Part shown: positions 36,939 through 47,928 of the stretch, in pieces | Numbering within the stretch: position 1 is the first letter of the stretch | Layout: each line of letters opens with the position of its first letter | Source of the DNA: an uncultured delta proteobacterium | GTDB lineage: Bacteria > Desulfobacterota > Desulfuromonadia > Desulfuromonadales > BM103 | Length of the DNA: 48,311 nt | Reading direction: 5' to 3' | NCBI GenBank assembly: GCA_963715335.1 | Contig: CAVQRZ010000018.1 | Location: 1-48,311 of the forward strand | Translations under genes and position numbers: made by a program | The notes under the pieces: generated by a model | What the model was told of the DNA's origin: nothing | The model's database searches: none | What the model saw: the letters and a program-made list of their open reading frames with translations, nothing else

Positions 36939-37054
36939 TTTAACGCAAAGGCGCAAAGACGCTAAGAGAAACTAAAACAAAACAATTGAGGGTGATGTTT
37001 TAAGTCCCCTCTTTGCAGCTTTCAGTCACGCTTTCATTGAATCTTTGCGTTAAA
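36939..37054. repeat. palindromic octamer-repeat element (ACGCAAAG type)
   Basis: Perfect 12-bp terminal inverted repeat TTTAACGCAAAG / CTTTGCGTTAAA; left arm ACGCAAAG GCGCAAAG ACGCTAAG. Confidence 0.8.
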
Positions 37055-37061
37055 AGACTTT

Positions 37062-38361
37062 TCAAGCTTCGCCAAAAACTCTCTTGAAAATCGTGTCCAC
37101 ATGCTTCAGATGATAATTCAGGTCGAACGATTCCCGGATTTTGGTCTCGCCAAGCGCTGTCACGACATCTTCGTCGGCGAGCAGCTCCTCCTGAAAGTCC
37201 CTGCCCTCTGCCCAGACCTTCATGGCGTTGCGCTGCACCATGCTGGTAAGCCTCTTCGCGCGACACGCCGGCCTGGGTCAGGTCGAGGAGAATTTTCTGT
37301 GAAAAGACCAGGCCGCGCATCTGATTGAGATTCTTCAGCATGTTCTCAGGGTAGACGACCAGGTTCTTGATCAGCCCATTCAGGCGGCGCAGGGAAAAAT
37401 CGAGTGCGACGGTCGCGTCCGGGCCGATGTAGCGCTCCACCGAGGAATGGGAGATGTCACGTTCGTGCCACAGGGCAACATTCTCCATCGCCGGGATCAC
37501 GAAGGAACGGATATAGCGAGCCTGGCCGGTCAGGTTCTCGCTCAGGATCGGGTTGCGCTTGTGCGGCATTGCCGAGGACCCCTTCTGCCCCTTGCTGAAG
37601 AATTCCTCGGCCTCCAAGACCTCGGTGCGCTGAAGATGGCGAACCTCCACGGCAATCCTTTCTAAGGACGAGGCAATGATAGCCAGCACGGCAAAAAATT
37701 CGGCATGACGATCACGCGGGATCACCTGGGTGGACACGGGTTCCGGCTTCAGCCCCAGCTTTTCACAGACATATTCTTCCACTGCAGGGTCGATATTGGC
37801 AAAAGTGCCAACCGCTCCGGAGATGGCACCGGTGGCGATGTTTTCCCGGGCAGCCTTGAGACGGGTCAGGTTGCGATCCATTTCCGCGTACCAGGTGGCC
37901 AGTTTCAGGCCGAACGTGACCGGCTCGGCATGGATACCGTGCGAACGGCCTATACAGACCGTATCCTTGTGCTCCAGGGCGCGCGTCTTGATTGAACCCA
38001 GGACCATGACGAGATCGGCAATCAGTTCATCGGCAGACTGCACCATCTGCACGGAGAAACAGGTGTCAAGAACGTCCGAGGACGTCATTCCCTGATGGAT
38101 AAAGCGTGCTTCAGGACCGACATATTCGGCGACAGAGGTCAGAAAGGCAATCACGTCATGCTTGACCTCCGCTTCGATGGCATCAATCCTGTCAATGTCA
38201 AAATCTCCCTTCTCCCGGATGATCTTGACGGCTGCAGCGGGAATCACCCCGAGTTCTGCCTGTTTTTCACAAGCCAGGATTTCAATTTCAAGCCAGATTT
38301 TGAAGCGATTTTCCGGTTCCCAGATTTTCGCCATCTCCGGTCGTGTGTAACGTGGGATCAT
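37062..38361 (-). CDS. purB: adenylosuccinate lyase; +1 frameshift near 37245
   Basis: MIPRY, HDVIAF, GRSHGIHAEP and GSSAMPHKRNP motifs; the C-terminus (MVQRNAMKVW...HVDTIFKRVFGEA*) lies in the adjacent frame and ends at 37062. Confidence 0.95.
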
Positions 38362-38379
38362 TGTTTGCTCCTTGCAGTC

Positions 38380-38524
38380 GCGAAACGCGTGGTGCGAGAC
38401 GCGAAAAAACCAAAATATTCAGGGTCAGCAGAGCCTTTAAATTCGTCATCAGGTCCTGCCTTCAAGTGTTATCTCACCTCTCACCTCTCACCTCTCACCT
38501 CGCGCTTCGCCCTTCGCGTCCCAC
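38380..38524. repeat. palindromic heptamer-repeat element (TCTCACC/GCGAGAC type)
   Basis: Left arm GCGAAAC GCGTGGT GCGAGAC GCGAAA; right arm (TCTCACC)4 TCGCG CTTCGCC CTTCGCG. Confidence 0.8.
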
Positions 38525-39279
38525 ATCACCGGCGCGTCCTGCTTGCCGACAAGCAGCTGCGGAGCGCAGAGATTCTGCCCGTTCAAAACCTGTCTGACGG
38601 CCTCTGATGCGAGCTCTGGACGATTGTTGGTCTCACTCAGGTGACTGAGAAAAACCGTCTCCAGCCCCGGCCAGACAAGGTCGTTCAAAAGGGCGCTGCC
38701 GGCACTGTTGGAGAGGTGGCCGTGGTTGCTGCGCACACGTTGCTTCAGTTTCCAGGGATAAGGTCCGTCACGCAGCATCTCCTCATCATGGTTGGTTTCC
38801 AGAACCAGGGCGCGGCAATCCCGAAGACAGTCGGTGACGAGCCTGGTGACAATTCCCAGGTCAGTCGCAACACCGATTTTGCCCAACTCGCCAGTGAACG
38901 TGAAACCAACCGGAGCCAGAGAATCGTGCGTGACTGCAAACGGCCTGACGGTGAGGTCATTAATGGCAAAGTCCTCACCATCGACAAATTCGCGGACACG
39001 CTCCTTTTTACCGACATCCGGCAAGTTGCGAGCCAGGTCAGACTGCAGGTAAACAGGGATGTCGAGCTGACGGACGAGAGGGCCCAGGCCTCGCACGTGA
39101 TCCGTATGTTCATGGGTTATGAGCAGGGCTGTCAGGCTTTCGGCATCGATGCCGACGAACTCGAGGCGCCTGCGAATTTCCCGTGCAGAGAGACCGGCGT
39201 CGATCAAAAGGCGCGTCCGGCCTGACTCTACCAGTATGGCGTTGCCTTTACTGCCACTGGCCAGCAGGCAGATCTTCAT
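38488..39279 (-). CDS. MBL-fold metallo-hydrolase (YycJ/WalJ-like)
   Basis: LASGSKGN, LIDAG, THEHTDH, ETNHD, GHLSN and HLSETNN motifs. Confidence 0.9.
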   Translation of the reverse strand: MKICLLASGSKGNAILVESGRTRLLIDAGLSAREIRRRLEFVGIDAESLTALLITHEHTDHVRGLGPLVRQLDIPVYLQSDLARNLPDVGKKERVREFVDGEDFAINDLTVRPFAVTHDSLAPVGFTFTGELGKIGVATDLGIVTRLVTDCLRDCRALVLETNHDEEMLRDGPYPWKLKQRVRSNHGHLSNSAGSALLNDLVWPGLETVFLSHLSETNNRPELASEAVRQVLNGQNLCAPQLLVGKQDAPVMWDAKGEARGER

Positions 39280-39357
39280 AGTTAACCTTACATCCTGATG
39301 CGGTCACGCAGAATCGCGATGGTTTTGGCCCGATCAATAACTCATTGACCGTACCTC

Positions 39358-41397
39358 TCAGGCGCTCGGGCTGGTTACCGGGAGCAACAGATAGAATGTG
39401 CTGCCGGGCATAACATCTGGATCGTAACCAGGACTTTCAACCCATACGGCCCCACCGTGGAGATCGATAATCCCTTTGACGATACTTAAACCCAGGCCTG
39501 CACCACGACTTTTGAATGCAACCTTTCCGGTAGAGTGTTCTTCAACATCACCAATCTCGTAGAACTTCTCGAAGATTGCCTCCTGTTCCAGCTCGGCAAT
39601 CCCTATGCCGCTGTCGTGGACCGCGATCTCGACGTAGGGGACCTGTTCATTGCTGAGGGCACACGCCCCATCCGAACCAGTCGACGCGAACCTTTCCGGC
39701 AGCCTCGGCCTGAGGACCAGCTTGGTCTCGATAATTATCCGGCCTTTGTCCGGCGTAAACTTGATGGCGTTGTTGAGAACGTTACCAACCGCCTGGACTA
39801 TCCGCTCGAAATCGCATTTGACCGGCGGCAGGTCATGGGCAAGGTTAAGGCTCAATACCTGCGTGCGCTGGTGAACGAATTGCTCGTAATTGCTGACTGC
39901 GCGCGCAACCAGAATATTGACGTCGACATAACGGCTGACAAGGTCGATGGTGCGGCTATCGATCATCGAGACATCGACTATGTCACGGACGATCTCTGAG
40001 AGCCGTTCGCTGGCCCTGGAAATATGACGGATCAGTTTGAGCGTATCTTCATCTAGCGGTGGCGCCCGCTCGGTAAGCAAAAGTTCGACGTAGCCCATAA
40101 TGATCGTCAAGGGCGTCTTCAGTTCGTGAGAGGCCAGGCCAAGGAAAGAGTTCTTCATCTGATTGAGTCTTTCCATTTCACTGGCGGTCCGTTCCAGACC
40201 CTGCCGGACCTCCTCTTCTTGCGTTGCGTCACGGACGATGATCTGGACCAGTCGGCGTTTATCCTTGTCAATAATTACCGAGGCTGAGGCCCGGCCAACC
40301 AAAGTGCGGTTATCTATGGCGCGCCAGAACCTGATTTCCGTTTCGCCCGATTGCCCGGGAACGATCGTCTGATGATGTTCAAACTGATGTTCAATGTCAC
40401 GGCAGTTGATCCTTTCAAGAAAAGTAAAATAATTACCCTTTTCCATCCTGGCCTTGGTCATGCCGAAGAAACGTTCTGCTGCCTTGTTGGCAATGACGAT
40501 GGTATCGCCTTCATCACAGACCAGGATCGCATCGCTTGCATCGTCGAGCAGCGAACGATACATCTCCCGGCTGCGGCCCAGTTCGGAGCTGATGCTTTCC
40601 AGGTTTTCATAGGATTTCTGCAGTTCGAGGTTGGTCTCTTCCACCTCCCGGTAGTTACGGCTCAGTTCCGCATCACGCTCGCGCAAGGAATGGGCCATGT
40701 CAGACAGGGTGTTGCCGAGGATCGCCAGTTCCTTGGTTTTCAGTACCGGCGCCCTGGTGTCGAATTGACCCGAGGCAAGGTTTTCTGCCATATCGCACAG
40801 GCGACGGATAGGCCCGACCAGGTCGTAACGGGTGAAGGCCACAATGACCATGAATACGACCAGCAAGGCAGCGGCCAGGACCAGAAAGGTGGAGGCCAGG
40901 TGGTCCATAACCAGCTTCGTCAGGACAGCATTCTGGAAGCCGATCCGGACCCGGCCAACGATCTTGTCATCGTAATCCAGAATCGGCGTGGCGTAATCGT
41001 ACAGCTTGCCCTGCTCGGGTGACTCAAGGATGGCAATTTCAGATGAAAGGTTGTCAACATATTGCACAGACAACATCTCCGGGTAACCGGCATCGTTGTG
41101 GTAGAGGGACACCCCTGAAGAGGTTTCAATCAGGCAATAGGAGATCTCCGGGTCTTTCTCGACGGTCTCCTGGCAGATCTCCGAGATCCCGGAAATATCG
41201 TCAAGTGGCAGGCCGAGGTTTACCACGGCTTCAATCTGGGTCTTCAGTGCTTCAGCAAAGGTTTGGGCTCGCTGCAGAATTCCGTCACGATAACTCCGCC
41301 GGAAAGAGTCGACATTGAGCCCGGTGTTGATAGCAACAGTGAGGATCAGTGCCAGGAGGCTGAAGATCAGGATGCGTCTTTCCAGAGAATTTTTCAT
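39358..41397 (-). CDS. membrane sensor histidine kinase (periplasmic sensor, HAMP, PAS, HisKA, HATPase)
   Basis: Two TM helices; LASHELKTPL H-box, NVLNNAIKFT N-box, DSGIGI and GAGLGLSIV. Confidence 0.92.
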   Translation of the reverse strand: MKNSLERRILIFSLLALILTVAINTGLNVDSFRRSYRDGILQRAQTFAEALKTQIEAVVNLGLPLDDISGISEICQETVEKDPEISYCLIETSSGVSLYHNDAGYPEMLSVQYVDNLSSEIAILESPEQGKLYDYATPILDYDDKIVGRVRIGFQNAVLTKLVMDHLASTFLVLAAALLVVFMVIVAFTRYDLVGPIRRLCDMAENLASGQFDTRAPVLKTKELAILGNTLSDMAHSLRERDAELSRNYREVEETNLELQKSYENLESISSELGRSREMYRSLLDDASDAILVCDEGDTIVIANKAAERFFGMTKARMEKGNYFTFLERINCRDIEHQFEHHQTIVPGQSGETEIRFWRAIDNRTLVGRASASVIIDKDKRRLVQIIVRDATQEEEVRQGLERTASEMERLNQMKNSFLGLASHELKTPLTIIMGYVELLLTERAPPLDEDTLKLIRHISRASERLSEIVRDIVDVSMIDSRTIDLVSRYVDVNILVARAVSNYEQFVHQRTQVLSLNLAHDLPPVKCDFERIVQAVGNVLNNAIKFTPDKGRIIIETKLVLRPRLPERFASTGSDGACALSNEQVPYVEIAVHDSGIGIAELEQEAIFEKFYEIGDVEEHSTGKVAFKSRGAGLGLSIVKGIIDLHGGAVWVESPGYDPDVMPGSTFYLLLPVTSPSA

Positions 41398-41545
41398 AAC
41401 TGAGAGGGGAAGCCCCCCGAACACCCTTGATTGCGGATTAGCGTGTCTTGGCAAGCAAAACATAAAGACCTGTTAAACCTGATTTAAATACCACACCCAT
41501 CACCGCAAGGGCAACATCATTGACCCGCAAAATGATTAAAAACGG

Positions 41546-41574
41546 TTGACCAACATGGGGTGATTCGTTATGAT
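41546..41574 (+). promoter_or_regulatory. sigma70 promoter for the gap operon
   Basis: TTGACC-N17-TATGAT. Confidence 0.6.
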
Positions 41575-41659
41575 TTACCCGTTGAGAATATTTCTGCCTG
41601 AACGGTCATCCGTCAGGCATATTCTTTTTTTTAAAAACCACACCTTGGAGGACAAATAA

Positions 41660-42661
<1,002 letters not shown>

Positions 42662-42672
42662 CGTAACACATC

Positions 42673-42700
42673 AAGGGCGGGTTATTAACCTGCCCTTTCT
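42673..42700 (+). terminator. intra-operon hairpin/terminator after gap
   Basis: AAGGGCGGGTT-ATT-AACCTGCCCTTTCT. Confidence 0.6.
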
Positions 42701-42724
42701 ACGAACATCCAATAGGACAGGCTG

Positions 42725-43915
42725 ATGTTAAAAAAGCTCTCCATCAGGGATATCGACTTTCAGGGTAAACGGGTTTTTTGCCGGGTTGACTTCAATGTGC
42801 CTTTCGACGAAAAAAACCAGATCACAGACGACACCCGCATCAAGGCATCGATGCCAACGATCCGCCATATCGTCGGCAACGGTGGGCGCCTGATTCTGGC
42901 CTCCCATCTCGGCCGACCCAAGCATGGCCCGGAGCCGAAGTTCAGCCTGACTCCTGTAGCGCCCTGCCTCGCCCAGTACCTCGGCAAACCGGTCAAGATG
43001 GCCCCCGACTGCATCGGTCCCGACGTCAAGCGCATGGTTGACCAGATGCAGGATGGCGATGTCATCCTGCTGGAGAACGTACGCTTTCATGCCGGCGAAA
43101 CAAAAAATGACCCGGATTTTGCCAGGGCCTTGGCAGAGAATGCCGACATTTATGTCAACAACGCTTTTGGCACTGCGCACCGCGCCCATGCCTCAACAGA
43201 AGGGGTGACACACTTCCTGCAGCCCGCAGTTGCCGGCTTTCTCCTGGAGAAAGAGATCAAATACCTCGGCCAGGCCCTCGCCTACCCTGATCATCCCTTC
43301 GTTGCGATCATCGGCGGAGCCAAGGTCAGTGACAAGATCGCTGTGATTGACAACCTGCTGGATAAGGTCGACACGCTGATTATCGGTGGCGGCATGGCCT
43401 ACACCTTCCTGCGCGCCATGGGCCGTCCGACCGGCCGTTCTCTGGTTGAAGAAGACCGGATTGAACTGGCCAGGGAACTTCTGCAAAAAGCGGCGGCCAA
43501 GGCTGTCACCCTGCTCCTGCCACAAGACCACGTGGTTGCTGCGGAGTTTCGCGCCGATGCCGAGCATAAAATCTGCAGTGACGCCAACTTCCCTGCCGAA
43601 TGGATGGCACTGGATATCGGCCCGGCGACGATTGCAACCTACACGGGCGCACTGAAGAACGCCCGCATGGTTATCTGGAATGGCCCGATGGGGGTCTTTG
43701 AATTCGAAGCCTTCGCCCGCGGCACAATGGCTGTTGCCAAAACCCTGGCCGACTCAACGGCCCGCTCGATTGTCGGTGGCGGCGATTCGGTCGCGGCAGT
43801 CATAAAAGCCGGCGTCGAATCGAAGATGACGCACATTTCCACAGGTGGCGGAGCGTCCCTGGAATTCCTGGAAGGCAAAGAGCTGCCCGGCCTGGCGGCA
43901 CTGACAGACGCCTGA
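42725..43915 (+). CDS. pgk: phosphoglycerate kinase
   Basis: [28 protein letters not shown] and [15 protein letters not shown] motifs. Confidence 0.98.
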   Translation: MLKKLSIRDIDFQGKRVFCRVDFNVPFDEKNQITDDTRIKASMPTIRHIVGNGGRLILASHLGRPKHGPEPKFSLTPVAPCLAQYLGKPVKMAPDCIGPDVKRMVDQMQDGDVILLENVRFHAGETKNDPDFARALAENADIYVNNAFGTAHRAHASTEGVTHFLQPAVAGFLLEKEIKYLGQALAYPDHPFVAIIGGAKVSDKIAVIDNLLDKVDTLIIGGGMAYTFLRAMGRPTGRSLVEEDRIELARELLQKAAAKAVTLLLPQDHVVAAEFRADAEHKICSDANFPAEWMALDIGPATIATYTGALKNARMVIWNGPMGVFEFEAFARGTMAVAKTLADSTARSIVGGGDSVAAVIKAGVESKMTHISTGGGASLEFLEGKELPGLAALTDA

Positions 43916-43936
43916 ATTTCAGTAAGCGGTGGTGAA

Positions 43937-44018
43937 AATCAGGAATCCAGAATCCAGAATCCAGAACCAAGAAGGTTTTAGAATTTATTCTGGATACTGA
44001 ATTCCGGATACTGAATAC
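43937..44018. repeat. palindromic heptamer-repeat element (GAATCCA type), copy B
   Basis: (GAATCCA)3 GAACCA left arm; TATTC TGGATAC TGAATTC CGGATAC TGAATAC right arm. Confidence 0.85.
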
Positions 44019-44041
44019 CCATAATTAGTAAGGAGCTACAA

Positions 44042-44827
44042 ATGCGCACCCCGATGATCGCAGGCAACTGGAAACTGCATAAAACCATTGGCGAAGCGAC
44101 CAAGTTGGTCAACGAATTGATCCCGGCGGTTGCCGGCAACAGCAAAGTGGAAATCGTTGTCGCGCCTGTCTATACCGCGCTGAGCAAGGTTGCGGAAGCC
44201 CTCGCCGGCAGCAACGTCAAGCTGGCGGCACAGAATTGCTATGCCGAACCCCAGGGTGCTTTTACCGGTGAGGTTTCCGCGCCCCTGCTGAAAGATGCCG
44301 GTTGCCAGTACATCATCATCGGCCATTCGGAGCGTCGTCAACTGTTCGGCGAAACCGATGATTCAGTCAACCGCAAGGCCCACGCTATTGCAGAGACCGG
44401 TCTCGGCATCATCTTCTGCATCGGTGAAACCCTTGAAGAGAGGGAAAACGACCAGATGTTCGATGTGCTGCGTCGCCAGGTCCGTTGCGGCCTGAGAAAC
44501 CTGAGCCCCGCACAGATGGCAACTGTCGTGATTGCCTATGAACCGGTCTGGGCGATCGGCACCGGAGTGACGGCCAGCGATGAACAGGCCCAGGAGGCGC
44601 ATGCTTTCATACGTGCCCTGGTGAGTGAGCTTTACGACCAGGAGACCGCCGACGCTACGCGCATCCTTTATGGTGGCAGCGTCAAGCCGGGCAACGTCGA
44701 CGGGTTGATGACTCAACCTGACGTCGATGGGGCGTTGGTTGGCGGGGCAAGTCTGCAGGCCGGGGATTTTGCCCGGATCGTTAATTTTCAACCCGGGCAA
44801 CGTCGACGAATTAATGACATAACCTGA
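44042..44827 (+). CDS. tpiA: triosephosphate isomerase
   Basis: AGNWK, IGHSERR, AYEPVWAIGTG, YGGSV and LVGGAS motifs; the last ~10 aa come from a tandem duplication. Confidence 0.98.
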   Translation: MRTPMIAGNWKLHKTIGEATKLVNELIPAVAGNSKVEIVVAPVYTALSKVAEALAGSNVKLAAQNCYAEPQGAFTGEVSAPLLKDAGCQYIIIGHSERRQLFGETDDSVNRKAHAIAETGLGIIFCIGETLEERENDQMFDVLRRQVRCGLRNLSPAQMATVVIAYEPVWAIGTGVTASDEQAQEAHAFIRALVSELYDQETADATRILYGGSVKPGNVDGLMTQPDVDGALVGGASLQAGDFARIVNFQPGQRRRINDIT

Positions 44828-44900
44828 CGTCGGTGGGGCATTGGTCGGCGGCGTAAGTCTCCAGGCTAGAGATTTTGCCCGGATCGTTAATTTTCAACCG
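44687..44900 (+). repeat. diverged 106-bp tandem duplication of the tpiA 3' end
   Basis: Units start at 44687 and 44793; 14 substitutions between the copies. Confidence 0.9.
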
Positions 44901-45016
44901 CAAGCATAATTCGACCCGCATCAGGCTAAAAAACTGAAATTCGGGCTTTTCTCTGCAAAACAGTTATGTTAAAGTGCCGTCCTTCTGAAATAGAAGGACA
45001 TCTTTAAGGGGACATC

Positions 45017-45352
45017 ATGAACTATATACTCCTGTCAATTCACATTCTGGTCTGCCTCTCCCTGATCGGCATCGTCCTGATCCAGGGCGGTAAAGGCGCA
45101 GAAGTCGGCGCAGCATTTGGCGCCGGCGCCAGCAACACGATTTTCGGCGCTTCAGGCGGCCAGTCCTTTATTGGTAAAATGACCGCTGGGGCGGCAGTGA
45201 TCTTCATGCTGACCAGCCTGGCTCTGGCGATTTTCTGGGGTCAGCCGGGGTCTACAAGCTTAATGCCTGACCAGGTCGCTCCGGCCTCCGCCCCGGCCAC
45301 GATGCCGACTCAGAGCATACCGCCGGCAGCCCCTGCAGGGGACGCGAAATAG
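45017..45352 (+). CDS. secG: preprotein translocase subunit SecG
   Basis: LIGIVLIQGGKGAEVGAAFGAGASNTIFGA...KMT; tpiA-secG-tRNA-Leu synteny. Confidence 0.95.
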   Translation: MNYILLSIHILVCLSLIGIVLIQGGKGAEVGAAFGAGASNTIFGASGGQSFIGKMTAGAAVIFMLTSLALAIFWGQPGSTSLMPDQVAPASAPATMPTQSIPPAAPAGDAK

Positions 45353-45365
45353 CGCGTCAAGCCTA

Positions 45366-45394
45366 TTGACAGCGTAGGGTCATGTCAGTATAAA
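45366..45394 (+). promoter_or_regulatory. sigma70 promoter for tRNA-Leu
   Basis: TTGACA-N17-TATAAA, 10 nt before the tRNA. Confidence 0.75.
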
Positions 45395-45404
45395 TACAAC
45401 GCTT

Positions 45405-45491
45405 GCCGAAGTGGTGGAATTGGTAGACACGCACGCTTGAGGGGCGTGTGTTCGAAAGGACGTGCGAGTTCGAGTCTCGCCTTCGGCACCA
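45405..45491 (+). tRNA. tRNA-Leu(GAG)
   Basis: GCCGAAGTGGTGGAATTGGTAGACACG-CACGC-TTGAGGG-GCGTG, long variable arm, AGTTCGAGTCT, CCA. Confidence 0.97.
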
Positions 45492-45500
45492 CATAGATAC

Positions 45501-45539
45501 AGAAGGGCTGCAATCATCTGATTGCAGCCCTTTTCTTTT
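45501..45539 (+). terminator. rho-independent terminator after tRNA-Leu
   Basis: AAGGGCTGCAATCA-TC-TGATTGCAGCCCTT-TTCTTTT. Confidence 0.85.
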
Positions 45540-45758
45540 GCGGACACTTAGTTTTCAAGTGTCCCCAGCACCATGGGCCCCCAACTCCCAACTCTAATCG
45601 TGAATTTTATGGCCTGGAACTTGTGGCAGCCTGCTTTACAAGGTAATATATAACTACAAAGGTCAAGTATCGCATGGTTTCCTACCCCTGTTCTTTCGGC
45701 TCTGACCTGGATTTGCCTGATAAAATGCTTGCTTAGGGGTTGAAGCCTGGAGGTCACA

Positions 45759-45911
45759 ATGGCTATCAAGAAAAGCTTTTCAAGACCTGACAAGGAAGAA
45801 ATCAGGATTCAACTGCTTGCATCGATGCTCGCCAGCACAAATCGAAACTATGCAAAAAAAACTCATGGTGCCTGGCATAGTTTCTGGCAGGATTTGCTCA
45901 AAAGAGACTAG
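45759..45911 (+). CDS. small hypothetical protein (50 aa)
   Basis: MAIKKSFSRPDKEEIRIQLLASMLASTNRNYAKKTHGAWHSFWQDLLKRD*; GGAGG RBS at 45749-45753; not in the ORF track. Confidence 0.5.
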   Translation: MAIKKSFSRPDKEEIRIQLLASMLASTNRNYAKKTHGAWHSFWQDLLKRD

Positions 45912-46017
45912 ATGGATCTATAGAGGTCTGATATAGAACGAGTTGAGCGAAGCCTAAACCGCAGAATTTTTAAGAACATTGTGATCAAACAGGAAGGCCA
46001 TCAGGACAACCATCCAG

Positions 46018-46788
46018 ATGGTCATTTCTTTGATTAAGGGCTTACAGGGGACTCTCTGGTTAATTCGTCAGGGGTCTTTTTTTAAAGATGATAAAAGACA
46101 TCGACAAGATGATACAATCGCACGACCTCTTTTCCTGGGCTCCGGAATGAAAGACCTCTTTTTTACTACAGACCTTTTGACCGTGTTCCGGCACGACAAG
46201 TATTACGGCATTCCGAACAACCTGTCAGGGGTGTTGCGTAAACTTGGCTTGCCTTCCAACGAACGCATTGAAAACCTCGAACAACTGTTTCACTCACTGG
46301 TTGTCCATATTATGGATCTTCGTGGCGAATCAGAGCCGTTCCTCGTGGGAACATTCATTTACCCCGAAGCGGTTGTCAAATTACTGAAGGAATATGGGCT
46401 GCCGATCCCTACTGCACTGCAGCCTGCGAACGCGACGAAAAGCCACAACAAGGAACCGCTCGATCGTGCCCGGTTCGAGCAATATTTCGATATTGTCTGC
46501 CGCAACTGCGGGACGGTCACAGATCCTCTCGCCGCATCCTATCGCACCCCGATCGGGCGATTAATTTTCAAAACCTTCATCGAGACCCGGTTGACTCTGG
46601 GCATCAACACCACGGCCAAGTATGTCCTCGAACATCTCAGGGATTTTGATACCGGAAAGATCGTCACTGCTATCAACGAGGACTCGGTCACCTGGTTGAC
46701 TGAAGACTCGAAAGAGAAGATAACCTCGATTGAAACGATCGCAAAACGCATCCTGCATTTCAATCGCGAGCTTAAAACCCTCTTGTGA
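46018..46788 (+). CDS. hypothetical protein (start uncertain, possibly 46147)
   Basis: Longest ORF in the block after tRNA-Leu; no motif recognised. Confidence 0.6.
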   Translation: MVISLIKGLQGTLWLIRQGSFFKDDKRHRQDDTIARPLFLGSGMKDLFFTTDLLTVFRHDKYYGIPNNLSGVLRKLGLPSNERIENLEQLFHSLVVHIMDLRGESEPFLVGTFIYPEAVVKLLKEYGLPIPTALQPANATKSHNKEPLDRARFEQYFDIVCRNCGTVTDPLAASYRTPIGRLIFKTFIETRLTLGINTTAKYVLEHLRDFDTGKIVTAINEDSVTWLTEDSKEKITSIETIAKRILHFNRELKTLL

Positions 46789-46997
46789 TCGCAACCACAA
46801 GCGTAATCAATAAGAATCGCAGGTCGTAATTACGACATCCGCCGCATTCTTCCTGATTGGAATCAGAGCCTGGTATTTCTCAGAATCAAACCAACTCTCC
46901 AGCGAACAACGATCAGAAAGTTCCAGAACGACCGCGAGGTCCCGCCTGTTTTCCCCGGCCAGAACAGAAGTACGTTTCCCCCGGAAAACGACCCCGA

Positions 46998-47618
46998 TCA
47001 GCCCCTTATCTTGCCCCGCGCAGTGACACTCACATCGCTCACGAGTTCTGCACTAGCGAGTTCAAACCGGGGCCAGTCTACTGACATCACGATATCGTCC
47101 TTCTCCTCGGCGAAAGAGTTTGCGAACGAGCTCTGGTCGAGCATGTAACCAAGTTTCTCGACCATTCGGCGCGAGGCAACGTTGGCCGGGACTATTGAGG
47201 CGTAGACGCGCTCAAGCCCAAGGACACGAAAGGCTGCAACGTGCATCATCGCCGCGTAGCGCGTACCTAGCCCTCGGCTCTGCTGGGCACGTGCACCGAT
47301 CAGTATGGCAAATTCAGCCGTGCTTCCAGAAATATTTCGAAAATCAGCGTCTCCCATGAGGACGCCTTCCTGTTCCAGAAAAAAGAGGCGACCATTGTTC
47401 GTCCGCAAAGACTCATAGCTCTCGACAATTTCAGCGGCAGTCATTTCATGCGTATTTGTCAACATCGCCGAGTTGTGCCGATCATTGTTGAAAATCGCGA
47501 GCGTGGGTGCGGCAACCAGCACCTCCGCTGCAGTGGGTTCAAAAGCAAGCAGCTTTCCCTGCCCGCTAAGGGCCTCAATGGACCATAGTGTTTCTGCGCG
47601 CATGTTGATCTCCTGCAT
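46998..47618 (-). CDS. GNAT family N-acetyltransferase (RimJ/RimL-like)
   Basis: AEFAILIG...QSRGLGT, FRVLGLERVYASIVPANVASRRMVEKLGY. Confidence 0.85.
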   Translation of the reverse strand: MQEINMRAETLWSIEALSGQGKLLAFEPTAAEVLVAAPTLAIFNNDRHNSAMLTNTHEMTAAEIVESYESLRTNNGRLFFLEQEGVLMGDADFRNISGSTAEFAILIGARAQQSRGLGTRYAAMMHVAAFRVLGLERVYASIVPANVASRRMVEKLGYMLDQSSFANSFAEEKDDIVMSVDWPRFELASAELVSDVSVTARGKIRG

Positions 47619-47928
47619 GCTGTAGCATCTGTCCGATCTTGCCAGTTGTTAGCGGGGATACCGTTAAACGACTCTTCTCAGATACCTACATAAAAAGCAT
47701 TGCCAATCTATAGCAATCGTATAACAAGGTCAAAGAGATGCTTATGTCTACGATATTGTTCTGAAGGCATGCAACTGGCGAAATGCGCAATTCTTGGTGA
47801 CCCTGCAATGTGGGAATGATGAAGCATGGGGCGATTCGAATGTTTCTCTTGATGAATTGAAAGTTGACGACATCATTGATACAATTGCAGTGAGGTTATA
47901 GTAATTTCGAAATCAAATGGAGTAACTT

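Noticed and set aside
37000..37245. Novel extended PurB C-terminus in the ORF track
   Set aside because: Product of the +1 frameshift; the canonical C-terminus is in the adjacent frame and ends at 37062.
44687..44900. tpiA duplication as a diversity-generating retroelement TR/VR pair
   Set aside because: Only 7 of 14 differences have A in the second copy, there is no reverse transcriptase nearby, and the target is a housekeeping enzyme.
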